Virus record (IMG/VR): IMGVR_UViG_3300010882_000013
Location: 1,164 to 65,163 of that record
Length of the DNA: 64,000 bases
Source: a virus
Lineage: Duplodnaviria > Caudoviricetes
Strand: one strand, 5' to 3'
Part shown: positions 26,472-35,244 of the stretch, piece by piece
How positions within the stretch are numbered: the stretch's first letter is position 1
Layout of the letters: every line of letters starts with the position of its first letter
The notes under the pieces: model-generated
Seen by the model: only the letters and a program-made list of their open reading frames with translations
Database searches by the model: none
What the model was told of the DNA's origin: nothing
Position numbers and translations under genes: made by a program

Positions 26472-26942
26472 CTATAATAATATATTAAGCCATTCAGGTA
26501 GCTTAATATGTTTTGCATATAATATAAATGCAGCAATTTTAAGGAGTAGTAAAATTCCCCCCACTATCCCGATCCACATCAGGATTGTGTTGCGAGTCGA
26601 GATCTGTTGATCCCGAAGAGCGACTGTCACGTTCAAGCTCTGTAATGCGATTGATGCAATATTGAACGAACTCATCGTATCTGTCAAGTGCTGCGAGAGC
26701 TGCATCAATTCCGCTGACTGCTTGTCCTTGGTATTGTTTAATTGCACTATCATAGCTTCGTATGATGTCGTTAAGTCCGTCATTGATTGTTTGGAGTCTT
26801 GCAACGCTTTCCTTACTTGCGACGACAGATCCATCTGTTGTTGCAATAATTGGTTGGGGGACTGTGGTACATCCTGTGAATAAAGTGGCAGGAATCCATA
26901 TACACAGAGCAACAAAAATAATAACCAATGCTTCACGCACAT
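26472..26942 (-). CDS. signal peptide + coiled coil + C-terminal TM protein (spanin-like)
   Basis: MCVKHWLLFLLLCVYGFLPLYS leader; heptad-rich middle; ILMWIGIVGGILLLL TM; GGAGG SD. Confidence 0.6.
   Translation of the reverse strand: MCVKHWLLFLLLCVYGFLPLYSQDVPQSPNQLLQQQMDLSSQVRKALQDSKQSMTDLTTSYEAMIVQLNNTKDKQSAELMQLSQHLTDTMSSFNIASIALQSLNVTVALRDQQISTRNTILMWIGIVGGILLLLKIAAFILYAKHIKLPEWLNILL
26539..26940 (-). CDS. lipoprotein nested in an alternative frame (o-spanin-like)
   Basis: GTG start; hydrophobic leader ending in lipobox-like FTG-C; helical body; 133 codons open inside the previous gene. Confidence 0.6.
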   Translation of the reverse strand: MREALVIIFVALCIWIPATLFTGCTTVPQPIIATTDGSVVASKESVARLQTINDGLNDIIRSYDSAIKQYQGQAVSGIDAALAALDRYDEFVQYCINRITELERDSRSSGSTDLDSQHNPDVDRDSGGNFTTP

Positions 26943-26949
26943 ATCCCTC

Positions 26950-27243
26950 CTAATAAGGATTACCTGTTTTATCTTGACCAACAGACTTAATGTAGTCTTC
27001 TGCAGCACCAGACATACCAGTACCTAATACAGCATCCTCTAATGCTTTATTCAATATGTCCTGCTTTTCACTGTATTGAGGAAGCTTTTTAATCTGCTCC
27101 TGTATAGCTGGATGCCATAAGCATAACAGTATAGAACTAATCTTTGCTAAATCAGATATACTACTAGAAGTTATACGTTCAGTGTGTTTAACTTCATCAA
27201 AGAATATACGAGTTAGAGTATCATCTAACTTTCTTATATCCAT
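26950..27243 (-). CDS. hypothetical protein
   Basis: coupled ORF. Confidence 0.55.
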   Translation of the reverse strand: MDIRKLDDTLTRIFFDEVKHTERITSSSISDLAKISSILLCLWHPAIQEQIKKLPQYSEKQDILNKALEDAVLGTGMSGAAEDYIKSVGQDKTGNPY

Positions 27244-27737
27244 TTGGGAACCTCCTCGGCTTCACACTGCTTCATCTTTTTATGAAGTATATCATCGCAC
27301 ATATGAAGGTCATGTAGGCCAGCCTCGTTGAAACGTTTTGCCATACGGATAGACTTACACTTTTCCTTATAGCACAGCTTTAGTACATCTTCAACATAAC
27401 AGTTTTGTTTACCGATAGCAGGTATTAAAACTTTATTTGCCATAACAAGATTGCTTACCACATCCCTCATCATAGCAGCCCATTTGGTTAAATGATCCTC
27501 TATATTAGAAGGATGATAAGCAGGGTACGCCTCCTCATTAAGAGGAGCCGCGAGCTCATGGTAATCGTACATTTCACATTCTATTTGTCGAATGGCATAA
27601 TGTAGATATGTACTATATAAACGATACTTCCGTTTAAGGCCATTGAAGCCCCATGATTGGCAAAGTATCATTGCATTTTCCATTGCGTGCTCTAATGCAT
27701 ACAATGTTTTAAGGATACGAAGGAATGTTTCATTCAT
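27234..27737 (-). CDS. ferritin-like four-helix hypothetical protein
   Basis: helical; His/Glu pattern; WGFNGLKR motif. Confidence 0.45.
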   Translation of the reverse strand: MNETFLRILKTLYALEHAMENAMILCQSWGFNGLKRKYRLYSTYLHYAIRQIECEMYDYHELAAPLNEEAYPAYHPSNIEDHLTKWAAMMRDVVSNLVMANKVLIPAIGKQNCYVEDVLKLCYKEKCKSIRMAKRFNEAGLHDLHMCDDILHKKMKQCEAEEVPKWI

Positions 27738-27866
27738 TTAATTTATCCTCAATATTTTTCAATATAACTTCACGGCGTTCTCCACCATGCTTAATATCAT
27801 AGTTAACCTGCAAGTTCCATATCGTTGCGATCAATGTCAATAGAACTAGCAGGTCACGATCATCCA

Positions 27867-28364
27867 TTATACCCTTCTTTCGTGATCATCGTCATCAGGA
27901 CGCGAGAAGTGACGCCGACAATCTTCAAACCGTTCCGACTTCCATATTTGTCTGGTGAGCCGATCAACGATTCGATCTTCACTAGCAGCAAGCTGCAAAG
28001 CAGCAATAGTATCTGCTTGTCTCCTGATTGTCTCATCTTTTTCAAGAGAGATCATAAGAGCACGAGTCTTTTCACCCTGCTCTGCCACTTCACACTTAAC
28101 ATCTTTAATATTTTGGTTTGTCTCACAGCAGCATTTCAAATCAGCAATACGATCTTCGTATCCAGATTTCAAGATCTCTTTCTGTTGCTGCCAATTCTCT
28201 GTCCGAAGTTCCCGGAAGTCAGCATCACGCCTGTCATACCGATTATGATCACGTTCATAATCTCCGCCATCGTGGTGTCCGTCCCTTCCATCCCATCCGC
28301 CTCTCATAAATAGAAAAGCAAGTAGGATAACCCATACCCAACTACCGTTTCCTTCGTGTTCCAT
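27867..28364 (-). CDS. conserved phage protein with WVWVILLAFLF..GGW and CCCETN motifs
   Basis: motif pattern recalled from gut phage hypothetical families; CAGGAG SD. Confidence 0.6.
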   Translation of the reverse strand: MEHEGNGSWVWVILLAFLFMRGGWDGRDGHHDGGDYERDHNRYDRRDADFRELRTENWQQQKEILKSGYEDRIADLKCCCETNQNIKDVKCEVAEQGEKTRALMISLEKDETIRRQADTIAALQLAASEDRIVDRLTRQIWKSERFEDCRRHFSRPDDDDHERRV

Positions 28365-28380
28365 GTTTAACTCCTGTTTA

Positions 28381-28602
28381 TTAATTTATACCAAGGGCCT
28401 TTAGAGCCTCATTGATATTCATACCACGCTTATCGAACTCGGCCCGTACATAGTTCTCCAATGCTTTAGGATCTTTGCCTTTAGCAATATCCATAGCTTG
28501 CTTTAGTGCCGGGTTACTACCACCTAACATACCAAGCATTGCACTTGGATCTCCGCCACCTTTTAATAGAGCAGCCACGGAGCTTAACATACTAAAGTCC
28601 AT
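28381..28602 (-). CDS. small Gly/Met-rich phage protein
   Basis: NPALKQAM..KGKDP pattern; TAATG coupling. Confidence 0.6.
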   Translation of the reverse strand: MDFSMLSSVAALLKGGGDPSAMLGMLGGSNPALKQAMDIAKGKDPKALENYVRAEFDKRGMNINEALKALGIN

Positions 28603-28901
28603 TATCTTCGTATCCTTTTAATTTCTGTTTTAAGATCGTCTATATCTTTTTTCATATACTGTAGAGCAGTAAGTATTTCAGTTATGTTATTACTCGTAAG
28701 ATTTATTTTAGATATAAGGTCTTCTTGATCAGCCTGTTGACGTGATATTACAGACGTTATTTTAGATCCAAGACCATCTATATCTCGTGCATTAATTTTT
28801 ATATCATGAGCAAGACCAGCGGCTTTCCAGATGATGCCAACTATAGGTGCGAGGAATACAATTGTTTGAATAAGTAATACAATATATTGCCCTTGATCCA
28901 T
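28602..28901 (-). CDS. holin-like protein (N-terminal TM + coiled coil)
   Basis: YIVLLIQTIVFLAPIVGIIW TM followed by heptads. Confidence 0.45.
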   Translation of the reverse strand: MDQGQYIVLLIQTIVFLAPIVGIIWKAAGLAHDIKINARDIDGLGSKITSVISRQQADQEDLISKINLTSNNITEILTALQYMKKDIDDLKTEIKRIRR

Positions 28902-28931
28902 ATTTTATTATACCTGAGCTTGTGGCCTTTA

Positions 28932-29624
28932 TCAACCACCAAATTGTTTTTTAACTTGTTCTAATCGTTCCGGTGTACCAATATCTTTTATATACTCATC
29001 AGTACAATATGCTTTAATGACTTCCCCACTCATCAGTGCCGCAGGAAATATGTCATGTGTAAAGTCGCTGTAGTCGTCTACGTTAATATATTTGAATATA
29101 TCGGGGGATAGTATGTATACTCCTGCATTTGTCCAATGTGACATAGATTTATGAGTTCTTGAAAAGACGTGAACATAATAATTATTCATCTCAATTACAT
29201 CACTATCATAGAGATGATCACTTACATGAGATATAAGTGTACATAACCGTTTACCTTCATTTGCATAATCTATAAATCTTTGAACATTAAAATCCATCAT
29301 TAAGTCACCATAGAATACCATAAAAGGTTCTATAAGATAGCTTTTTATAGGAACTAAACATCCAGCAGTGCCTCTCAACTGATCATCCACACGGCACTGT
29401 ATATTTGTTCCATGAGGGTTAAAGTTACTAAGAAAATCCTTTACCTGTTGCGAAAAGTATGATGCCATGATATAAATATCTGTTATACCGTATTTAAGGG
29501 CAAGCTCTATTTGGTATTGCAGTATAGGCTTATTATTTATTTTAACAAGACACTTCGGAATATCTATATTTCCGAGACGTGTTCCTTTTCCACCTGCTAA
29601 TATTACTAATTGCATTGTGTCCAT
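28932..29624 (-). CDS. sugar-phosphate nucleotidyltransferase (NTP_transferase family)
   Basis: LAGGKGTRL...PKCLV..NKPIL, GTAG, FYGD, DIGTPERL. Confidence 0.9.
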   Translation of the reverse strand: MDTMQLVILAGGKGTRLGNIDIPKCLVKINNKPILQYQIELALKYGITDIYIMASYFSQQVKDFLSNFNPHGTNIQCRVDDQLRGTAGCLVPIKSYLIEPFMVFYGDLMMDFNVQRFIDYANEGKRLCTLISHVSDHLYDSDVIEMNNYYVHVFSRTHKSMSHWTNAGVYILSPDIFKYINVDDYSDFTHDIFPAALMSGEVIKAYCTDEYIKDIGTPERLEQVKKQFGG

Positions 29625-30460
29625 CCCTTAATATATTCCTCTTTGCTGTTTGCCTCACACCAATTAGTTAATGCTGGATCAGAGCAATGAGTACAAAATT
29701 TTAACGATCCCTTTTTTAATAATCCTTCAAAGTCATTCAATGATTGTCCATATATGTTAATATAATCTTCTTTATATGTAATATAGTTACTATCTAAATT
29801 ACTAATATATAATGGTATATGACATGTACACAACTTCTCTTTATAAAGAGTTACAGAACAAACTACATTACAGCTAAAATCATCCGTAAGTGTTCTTGTA
29901 TTATTTATCGTCATTGTACTCCATCCATTCGGAACCAAAGAATTGTTTGCTATACTCATTAGTCCACGATATTTATACATATATCGTTTACATAAACTTA
30001 TAGCATCTGTATTAAATGGATACACAGAGCAATGGAATATTATATGTTTTTTTGCTAATAGCCGTATAAATGATTCTCCTTTTGTTGGAACTAGCTCGGC
30101 GTTACTACTTAATTGAATAGATATACTTTCTTTTTCGCATATGTTATGAGCAATACATATTATTTCTTCAATATCTTCATGTAGCAACGGTTCTCCACCA
30201 GTAAGATTAATTGCTCGAAGCCGTCCATTAAAAAACTTTATAGCCTGCTTTAAGTCTTCTTGAAAAGACCTAGTTGAGATACTATACGGAATGGCATATG
30301 GGGCAAAATGAGAACAACATATACAAGAATGATTACAGTGTGAAACTATTTGAAAATCCATAAATATATCTTTAGGAAGCCTGTGTCGATACTCTTTATT
30401 ATAGCACTTGGCCCAATACTCTCGTAACATTAGATGATGCTGTATATCTACATAGCTCAT
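29606..30460 (-). CDS. radical SAM protein (paralog 3)
   Basis: CNHSCICC CxxxCxxC; LTGGEPLLH; C-terminal C..C/FCTHC cluster. Confidence 0.9.
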   Translation of the reverse strand: MSYVDIQHHLMLREYWAKCYNKEYRHRLPKDIFMDFQIVSHCNHSCICCSHFAPYAIPYSISTRSFQEDLKQAIKFFNGRLRAINLTGGEPLLHEDIEEIICIAHNICEKESISIQLSSNAELVPTKGESFIRLLAKKHIIFHCSVYPFNTDAISLCKRYMYKYRGLMSIANNSLVPNGWSTMTINNTRTLTDDFSCNVVCSVTLYKEKLCTCHIPLYISNLDSNYITYKEDYINIYGQSLNDFEGLLKKGSLKFCTHCSDPALTNWCEANSKEEYIKGWTQCN

Positions 30461-31302
30461 TTTATCACCTTTCCATTTAAGTATTGCTCAAGACTTGTAG
30501 ACTCACGCCAATGATCAGCGTGTTTAATACAATGATCACAAAAAGACAATGGATGCTGCATTAACTTAATGAAGTCATTGAACTTTTGCTTATATATATT
30601 AATATAATCTTGTGGATCGTCTTTCACAAGGTTTGGAATAAGCTCGTTTAAGTTAAGAAATGAAGATCCATCACATGAATATAATCTTCCTCGATAAACC
30701 GTAGGACACATACCAGCAAGACAAGATGATTTGTTATTCCATATACTGTGTTTAACAGGTTTTACACTATAAGCACGCCGACTCCAGGTTGTTCTCCATG
30801 AAGTAATTTGACAGTTATGATAATCGTATTTAGTTAATAGGCTATCAAGTAACTTTATTTTATCCTGATTAAAGTCATAGTCAGACACACTTATGTGTAT
30901 ATTATATTGCTTACATACAGTAACAAACTGTTCTCCTAAATCTTTTGTTAACGGCATTATATTTGTTACAATTCCGGTATATAAAAACTTATCTTGTACA
31001 TATGACAAGATTTTAATTATATCTGGGTGTAATAAGGGCTCTCCCCCCATTATGGATACACATGGCTTATTAAAGAAAACTGCAAGTTGATCTATATCTT
31101 GCCTAATTTCTTCTAACGGAACAAATGAAATGGGTAAATACGGAGCGCACAAGCTACAGTTCATACATCTATTCGTACAATGATGGAGTAGCTGATACGT
31201 TATCTCAAACCCATTATTAACTGGAATATAGTTAATATTAGCAAGCTTTTTCCAACGCTCTTGAGCACACTCTAATGCTTTGCCATAATTCAATGTATCC
31301 AA
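30457..31302 (-). CDS. radical SAM protein (paralog 2)
   Basis: CTNRCMNC; MGGEPLLHP; FCDHC. Confidence 0.9.
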   Translation of the reverse strand: MDTLNYGKALECAQERWKKLANINYIPVNNGFEITYQLLHHCTNRCMNCSLCAPYLPISFVPLEEIRQDIDQLAVFFNKPCVSIMGGEPLLHPDIIKILSYVQDKFLYTGIVTNIMPLTKDLGEQFVTVCKQYNIHISVSDYDFNQDKIKLLDSLLTKYDYHNCQITSWRTTWSRRAYSVKPVKHSIWNNKSSCLAGMCPTVYRGRLYSCDGSSFLNLNELIPNLVKDDPQDYINIYKQKFNDFIKLMQHPLSFCDHCIKHADHWRESTSLEQYLNGKVIK

Positions 31303-31306
31303 TTAA

Positions 31307-31951
31307 TTATCCTACCTGCTGAATGAATACCCAATTTATATCTGTCTTGGTAATAAATTTTCTAAATAACTTATACCCATTCCGAAGTAATAAATTAGTA
31401 ATCTCTTGTTCGTATTTATTAGGTTCAACTATGATACAATCAAATGTAATATCATCAAAATTAATAGACGTAAGTACCTTATACTCACTTCCTTCTATAT
31501 CAAGAGAAAGTAAATCAATATGTTTAATATTTGAAAATAATGAATGATACATCTCCATAAAAGATACAGTATGCACAAGAGATTTAGTAACTGGAAGATC
31601 CCATCGTTTAATATCATTTAATGTAATATCTGTAATGTCTTCCTCTAATCCACTACGCCCTGGGACTAACTGATCGGGTATTTCTAAAAATACTGTATCT
31701 TTAGAGTCTCCCGCTATTACCATATGATAACATGAACATTTACGATTCTTCTTTAACGAATCTATTAAATCTGGTTTTCCTTCTATGCAAACTCCATCCC
31801 ATCCGAGAGATTCAAATAATAATGTATTGTTAGCAAATATTCCATCATTAGCTCCAATATCAAGGAATATCCCTTTATGTATATCTTCTTTGCGATGCTT
31901 AAAATATTCATATACAACAGAATCAACATTATTCTTACTGTATGATCTCAC
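31307..31951 (-). CDS. FkbM-family methyltransferase
   Basis: FLDIGANDG...WDGVCIE; IDLLSLDIEGSE. Confidence 0.9.
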   Translation of the reverse strand: MRSYSKNNVDSVVYEYFKHRKEDIHKGIFLDIGANDGIFANNTLLFESLGWDGVCIEGKPDLIDSLKKNRKCSCYHMVIAGDSKDTVFLEIPDQLVPGRSGLEEDITDITLNDIKRWDLPVTKSLVHTVSFMEMYHSLFSNIKHIDLLSLDIEGSEYKVLTSINFDDITFDCIIVEPNKYEQEITNLLLRNGYKLFRKFITKTDINWVFIQQVG

Positions 31952-31952
31952 T

Positions 31953-32846
31953 TCACTCTACCTCACCAATCCAACTTTGTATATAGTCATCTTTATCTAT
32001 AGCTTGACCCCAAGCTCCACGTTTAATAAAATTACAGTGTTTACAAAAGCTTAGACACTTCCTATTTAGAATAGCCCTATAATCTGCCAATGTTTGACTA
32101 TACAGATTTGCTCCATCTTCTTTATATGCTACACAATACTCTTGATTTAATACATCGTTTAATCGAGTCCCGTACACAGCATAGCTACAAGGATATACTA
32201 CACCTTTATATACTTGTGGACATCCGCCATATTCACAATTAAACGTGGTTAAATCTATAGTCTTTGCACTATTACTAATTTGTACATAATTCCATCCATT
32301 AGGTAATAATTTTGGGTCATATCGAATATACTTTCCACCATATTTATATATCCATCTCCGACACAAATCAATAGCTGCAAAATTAGTTCTATACATAGAA
32401 CATTGAATTATAACATTATTGTCCATGCATAATTTAATAAATAACTCACCCTTAGATCGAATTAGAGTAGCATTAGTTCCTAAGCCTATTTGTATATTTT
32501 GATTAGCACAGATAGAATGAGCAATTCTAATAATCTCATCTATTACTGGATGCAATAACGGCTCCCCGCCTAATATATTAACAGTACGGAGTTTTCCTTC
32601 AAAAAATTTAACCGTCTGTATAAGATCGTTTCTAAAACTTTCTATACTGATAAAATAAGGTTTTGAATATGGCGCACAATGGGAACAACATTTACATTTA
32701 TAATTACAGCAAGACGTTATATCAAAATCAACAGAGTATTCATCTGGCATACTCCCATTAAAGTCTTTATTATAAATCTTTGTCCACTTCTGTCGTATGC
32801 TTTCAAAACGACTTATATAATCATAAGTTAATAAATTATTTTTCAT
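31953..32846 (-). CDS. radical SAM protein (paralog 1)
   Basis: CNYKCKCC; LGGEPLLHP; FCKHC. Confidence 0.9.
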   Translation of the reverse strand: MKNNLLTYDYISRFESIRQKWTKIYNKDFNGSMPDEYSVDFDITSCCNYKCKCCSHCAPYSKPYFISIESFRNDLIQTVKFFEGKLRTVNILGGEPLLHPVIDEIIRIAHSICANQNIQIGLGTNATLIRSKGELFIKLCMDNNVIIQCSMYRTNFAAIDLCRRWIYKYGGKYIRYDPKLLPNGWNYVQISNSAKTIDLTTFNCEYGGCPQVYKGVVYPCSYAVYGTRLNDVLNQEYCVAYKEDGANLYSQTLADYRAILNRKCLSFCKHCNFIKRGAWGQAIDKDDYIQSWIGEVE

Positions 32847-33741
32847 TAATTATATCCTCATAATAAGGGCCATGCGATTTCCAATTTATGGAATGAAGAT
32901 ATTGAGCACCAGCAGATATTATATTATTATCTCGTATATGCTCAAGTAAGCGGTTCAATTTTTTACTGTACGTTAATCCATTTCTTATATATGCGTTCAT
33001 GCCAAGAGCAGAAAGTGTAACACCAACGGCAATAGGATTAAGCGTTATGCCACATATACATGTCCCATACTTTAGATATAATTGAAGATTTGTTATTACC
33101 CGATACTCATAATTAAATAAAGATAAATTATTCTCATTCTCAACAGGATGTACACGAAACATTAAAAAATGAATAGTTATTAAATCGTTTATATATGCAA
33201 GAATACTAAAACTGGCATCTTCACATCGATCTTCAATATCATATTGTAATCCTTTATTATATGCATATTTCGATATATAGATAAACTTTACAAACACTGG
33301 CATATAGTCAGGATTTTTTTCGTATACATTCTTTCTCTCAGCCCTCCACCGAGGAAGAGCAAGAATATCAATATTACGCAAAGATTCTTTATTAATCGCC
33401 TCACACACTAATGAAAATGGAACATATTCCAAAAATGAACTTGTACCAGTACGCTGTAAAAATCGTTCAAAACACTCAATATCATCATCAAGCATAAGCA
33501 TATTATGATTTAGCGTATACTGATGATACTGCATAAACTTACGAATAGCACTAATCGTCATTTGTAATTCTGGAAGAATAACAATCTGAGCTATATCTTT
33601 TTGTGCCTGATAGTATTGATCATACTGATCTTTATGAACATATATATATAGTTGAATAAATATATGCTCTTTACGAATTATATTAAAGGTTGCACCATCC
33701 GGCCTATTTTTAGAGGCTACAGCAATTACAAAATTATACAT
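32836..33741 (-). CDS. GT-A fold glycosyltransferase (TAGT/GREB1-like), paralog 2
   Basis: IAVASKNRP start; IRKF; MLDDDI DxD motif; CED. Confidence 0.7.
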   Translation of the reverse strand: MYNFVIAVASKNRPDGATFNIIRKEHIFIQLYIYVHKDQYDQYYQAQKDIAQIVILPELQMTISAIRKFMQYHQYTLNHNMLMLDDDIECFERFLQRTGTSSFLEYVPFSLVCEAINKESLRNIDILALPRWRAERKNVYEKNPDYMPVFVKFIYISKYAYNKGLQYDIEDRCEDASFSILAYINDLITIHFLMFRVHPVENENNLSLFNYEYRVITNLQLYLKYGTCICGITLNPIAVGVTLSALGMNAYIRNGLTYSKKLNRLLEHIRDNNIISAGAQYLHSINWKSHGPYYEDIINEK

Positions 33742-33749
33742 ATCAACCT

Positions 33750-34688
33750 TTAATAAATTAGATCTTCAAAAAACGGCCCTGTTGATTTCCAGTTACGATC
33801 ACATAAATATTTATGCCCTAGCTTAGTAGGATCATCCATAATACCCTTTAACACACTGTCAAGTTTTTTACTATACGTTAAACCGTTACGCATATAAGAA
33901 TTAATCCCTAATGCACTTATAATAACATAATAATATAAAGGATCACAGAATAGTGTACGTACACAAGTTCCATAAGTTAAATACGCATCAAGCATCGCTT
34001 CAACGCGCCATTCTAATGAAAAATGCGTATCTGTATAATCTGGATCAATATGGACAAAGTACATTAAAACTTTAGAGCAAATTAACTCATTCACATAAGA
34101 TAAAATACTAAATGTAGTATCCTCACTCCATGCCTTTTCATCATACTTTAATCCTTTATCATAGGCTGTTTTAGACACAAACACTGCATTTGCTAATATA
34201 GGAAGAAAGTCAGGATCTACAGAATATTGACGTTTATTAGTCTTAGTCCACATTATTAAATGAACAATATCATATCCTTTTAACGACTCCTTATCAACTA
34301 CATCACAAACCTCTACTATAGAGCATATATTAGTACGACAATCAGATCCTTTTTGCTCTATGTATTTCTCAAAGCATATAATGTCGTCGTCTAACATAAA
34401 TAAGTTATTTCCTAATTGATATTGATGATCTTGAATAAATCTACGAAGCTCACATATAGTCATATTATCATTAGGAATCTTTATAATTTCACAAATATCT
34501 CCTTGTGATTTTATATATTCATCATATTGAAAGCTACGTACATATACATAAGTAGGTATGATTAATCCAGCCTCACGAATCAGATCAAATGTAGACCCAT
34601 GAGGACGATCAGCAGAGGGAAAAGCTAAAACAAAATTATATTTATTAAGAGCCGAAGGTAACACGAGGAGTCTCCATAGTTTCACCAA
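33750..34688 (-). CDS. GT-A fold glycosyltransferase (TAGT/GREB1-like), paralog 1
   Basis: AFPSADRP; LRRFI; MLDDDI; SED; visibly paralogous to 32836..33741. Confidence 0.7.
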   Translation of the reverse strand: MVKLWRLLVLPSALNKYNFVLAFPSADRPHGSTFDLIREAGLIIPTYVYVRSFQYDEYIKSQGDICEIIKIPNDNMTICELRRFIQDHQYQLGNNLFMLDDDIICFEKYIEQKGSDCRTNICSIVEVCDVVDKESLKGYDIVHLIMWTKTNKRQYSVDPDFLPILANAVFVSKTAYDKGLKYDEKAWSEDTTFSILSYVNELICSKVLMYFVHIDPDYTDTHFSLEWRVEAMLDAYLTYGTCVRTLFCDPLYYYVIISALGINSYMRNGLTYSKKLDSVLKGIMDDPTKLGHKYLCDRNWKSTGPFFEDLIY

Positions 34689-35229
34689 TTAGATCTTCTT
34701 CATTAATAACTTTATCAACAGGAACGTATGTCTCTCCTGTGAGCTCTTCATAATCTTCAACAACATCCTTATAATAAGTTATTGCATTAAGATACCATTC
34801 CCGTTCTCCGGGATATATATCCTCTATATCTACACCAAGCTTAATAGCCTTTAGTGCACGATAATCACGTTGTGAAATTTGATATAAAGCATTATCAATA
34901 GCTCTAAGAACAGCAGATTTATATTCATGCTTATATTCAAATGTATCTTCATCCCAATATACATTAGATAGATATGATTTCCAATATTGTGGATCAGGTG
35001 CTATAGTAGGACGAATCTTAAACTCTCTTGTCTCTGGGATATACCGATCTTGTTCTTTAATATTATCCATCGCTGTAATATCAATAATAAAAGGACTTGA
35101 TCCATCTGGATATGAAGGAAACTTCGGAAGCCCTGTCTTATTATCCCTAAAACAAGGAGCAAGAGCTTGTATAGCTTCGTCCTCAAATATTTGATGAACA
35201 TAATTATTGACAATGAGTGCAGCTCTCAT
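34645..35229 (-). CDS. tail-fibre-associated hypothetical protein
   Basis: directly follows the fibre gene; GGGGGAG SD. Confidence 0.55.
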   Translation of the reverse strand: MRAALIVNNYVHQIFEDEAIQALAPCFRDNKTGLPKFPSYPDGSSPFIIDITAMDNIKEQDRYIPETREFKIRPTIAPDPQYWKSYLSNVYWDEDTFEYKHEYKSAVLRAIDNALYQISQRDYRALKAIKLGVDIEDIYPGEREWYLNAITYYKDVVEDYEELTGETYVPVDKVINEEDLIGETMETPRVTFGS

Positions 35230-35244
35230 AACTCCCCCTACTAT

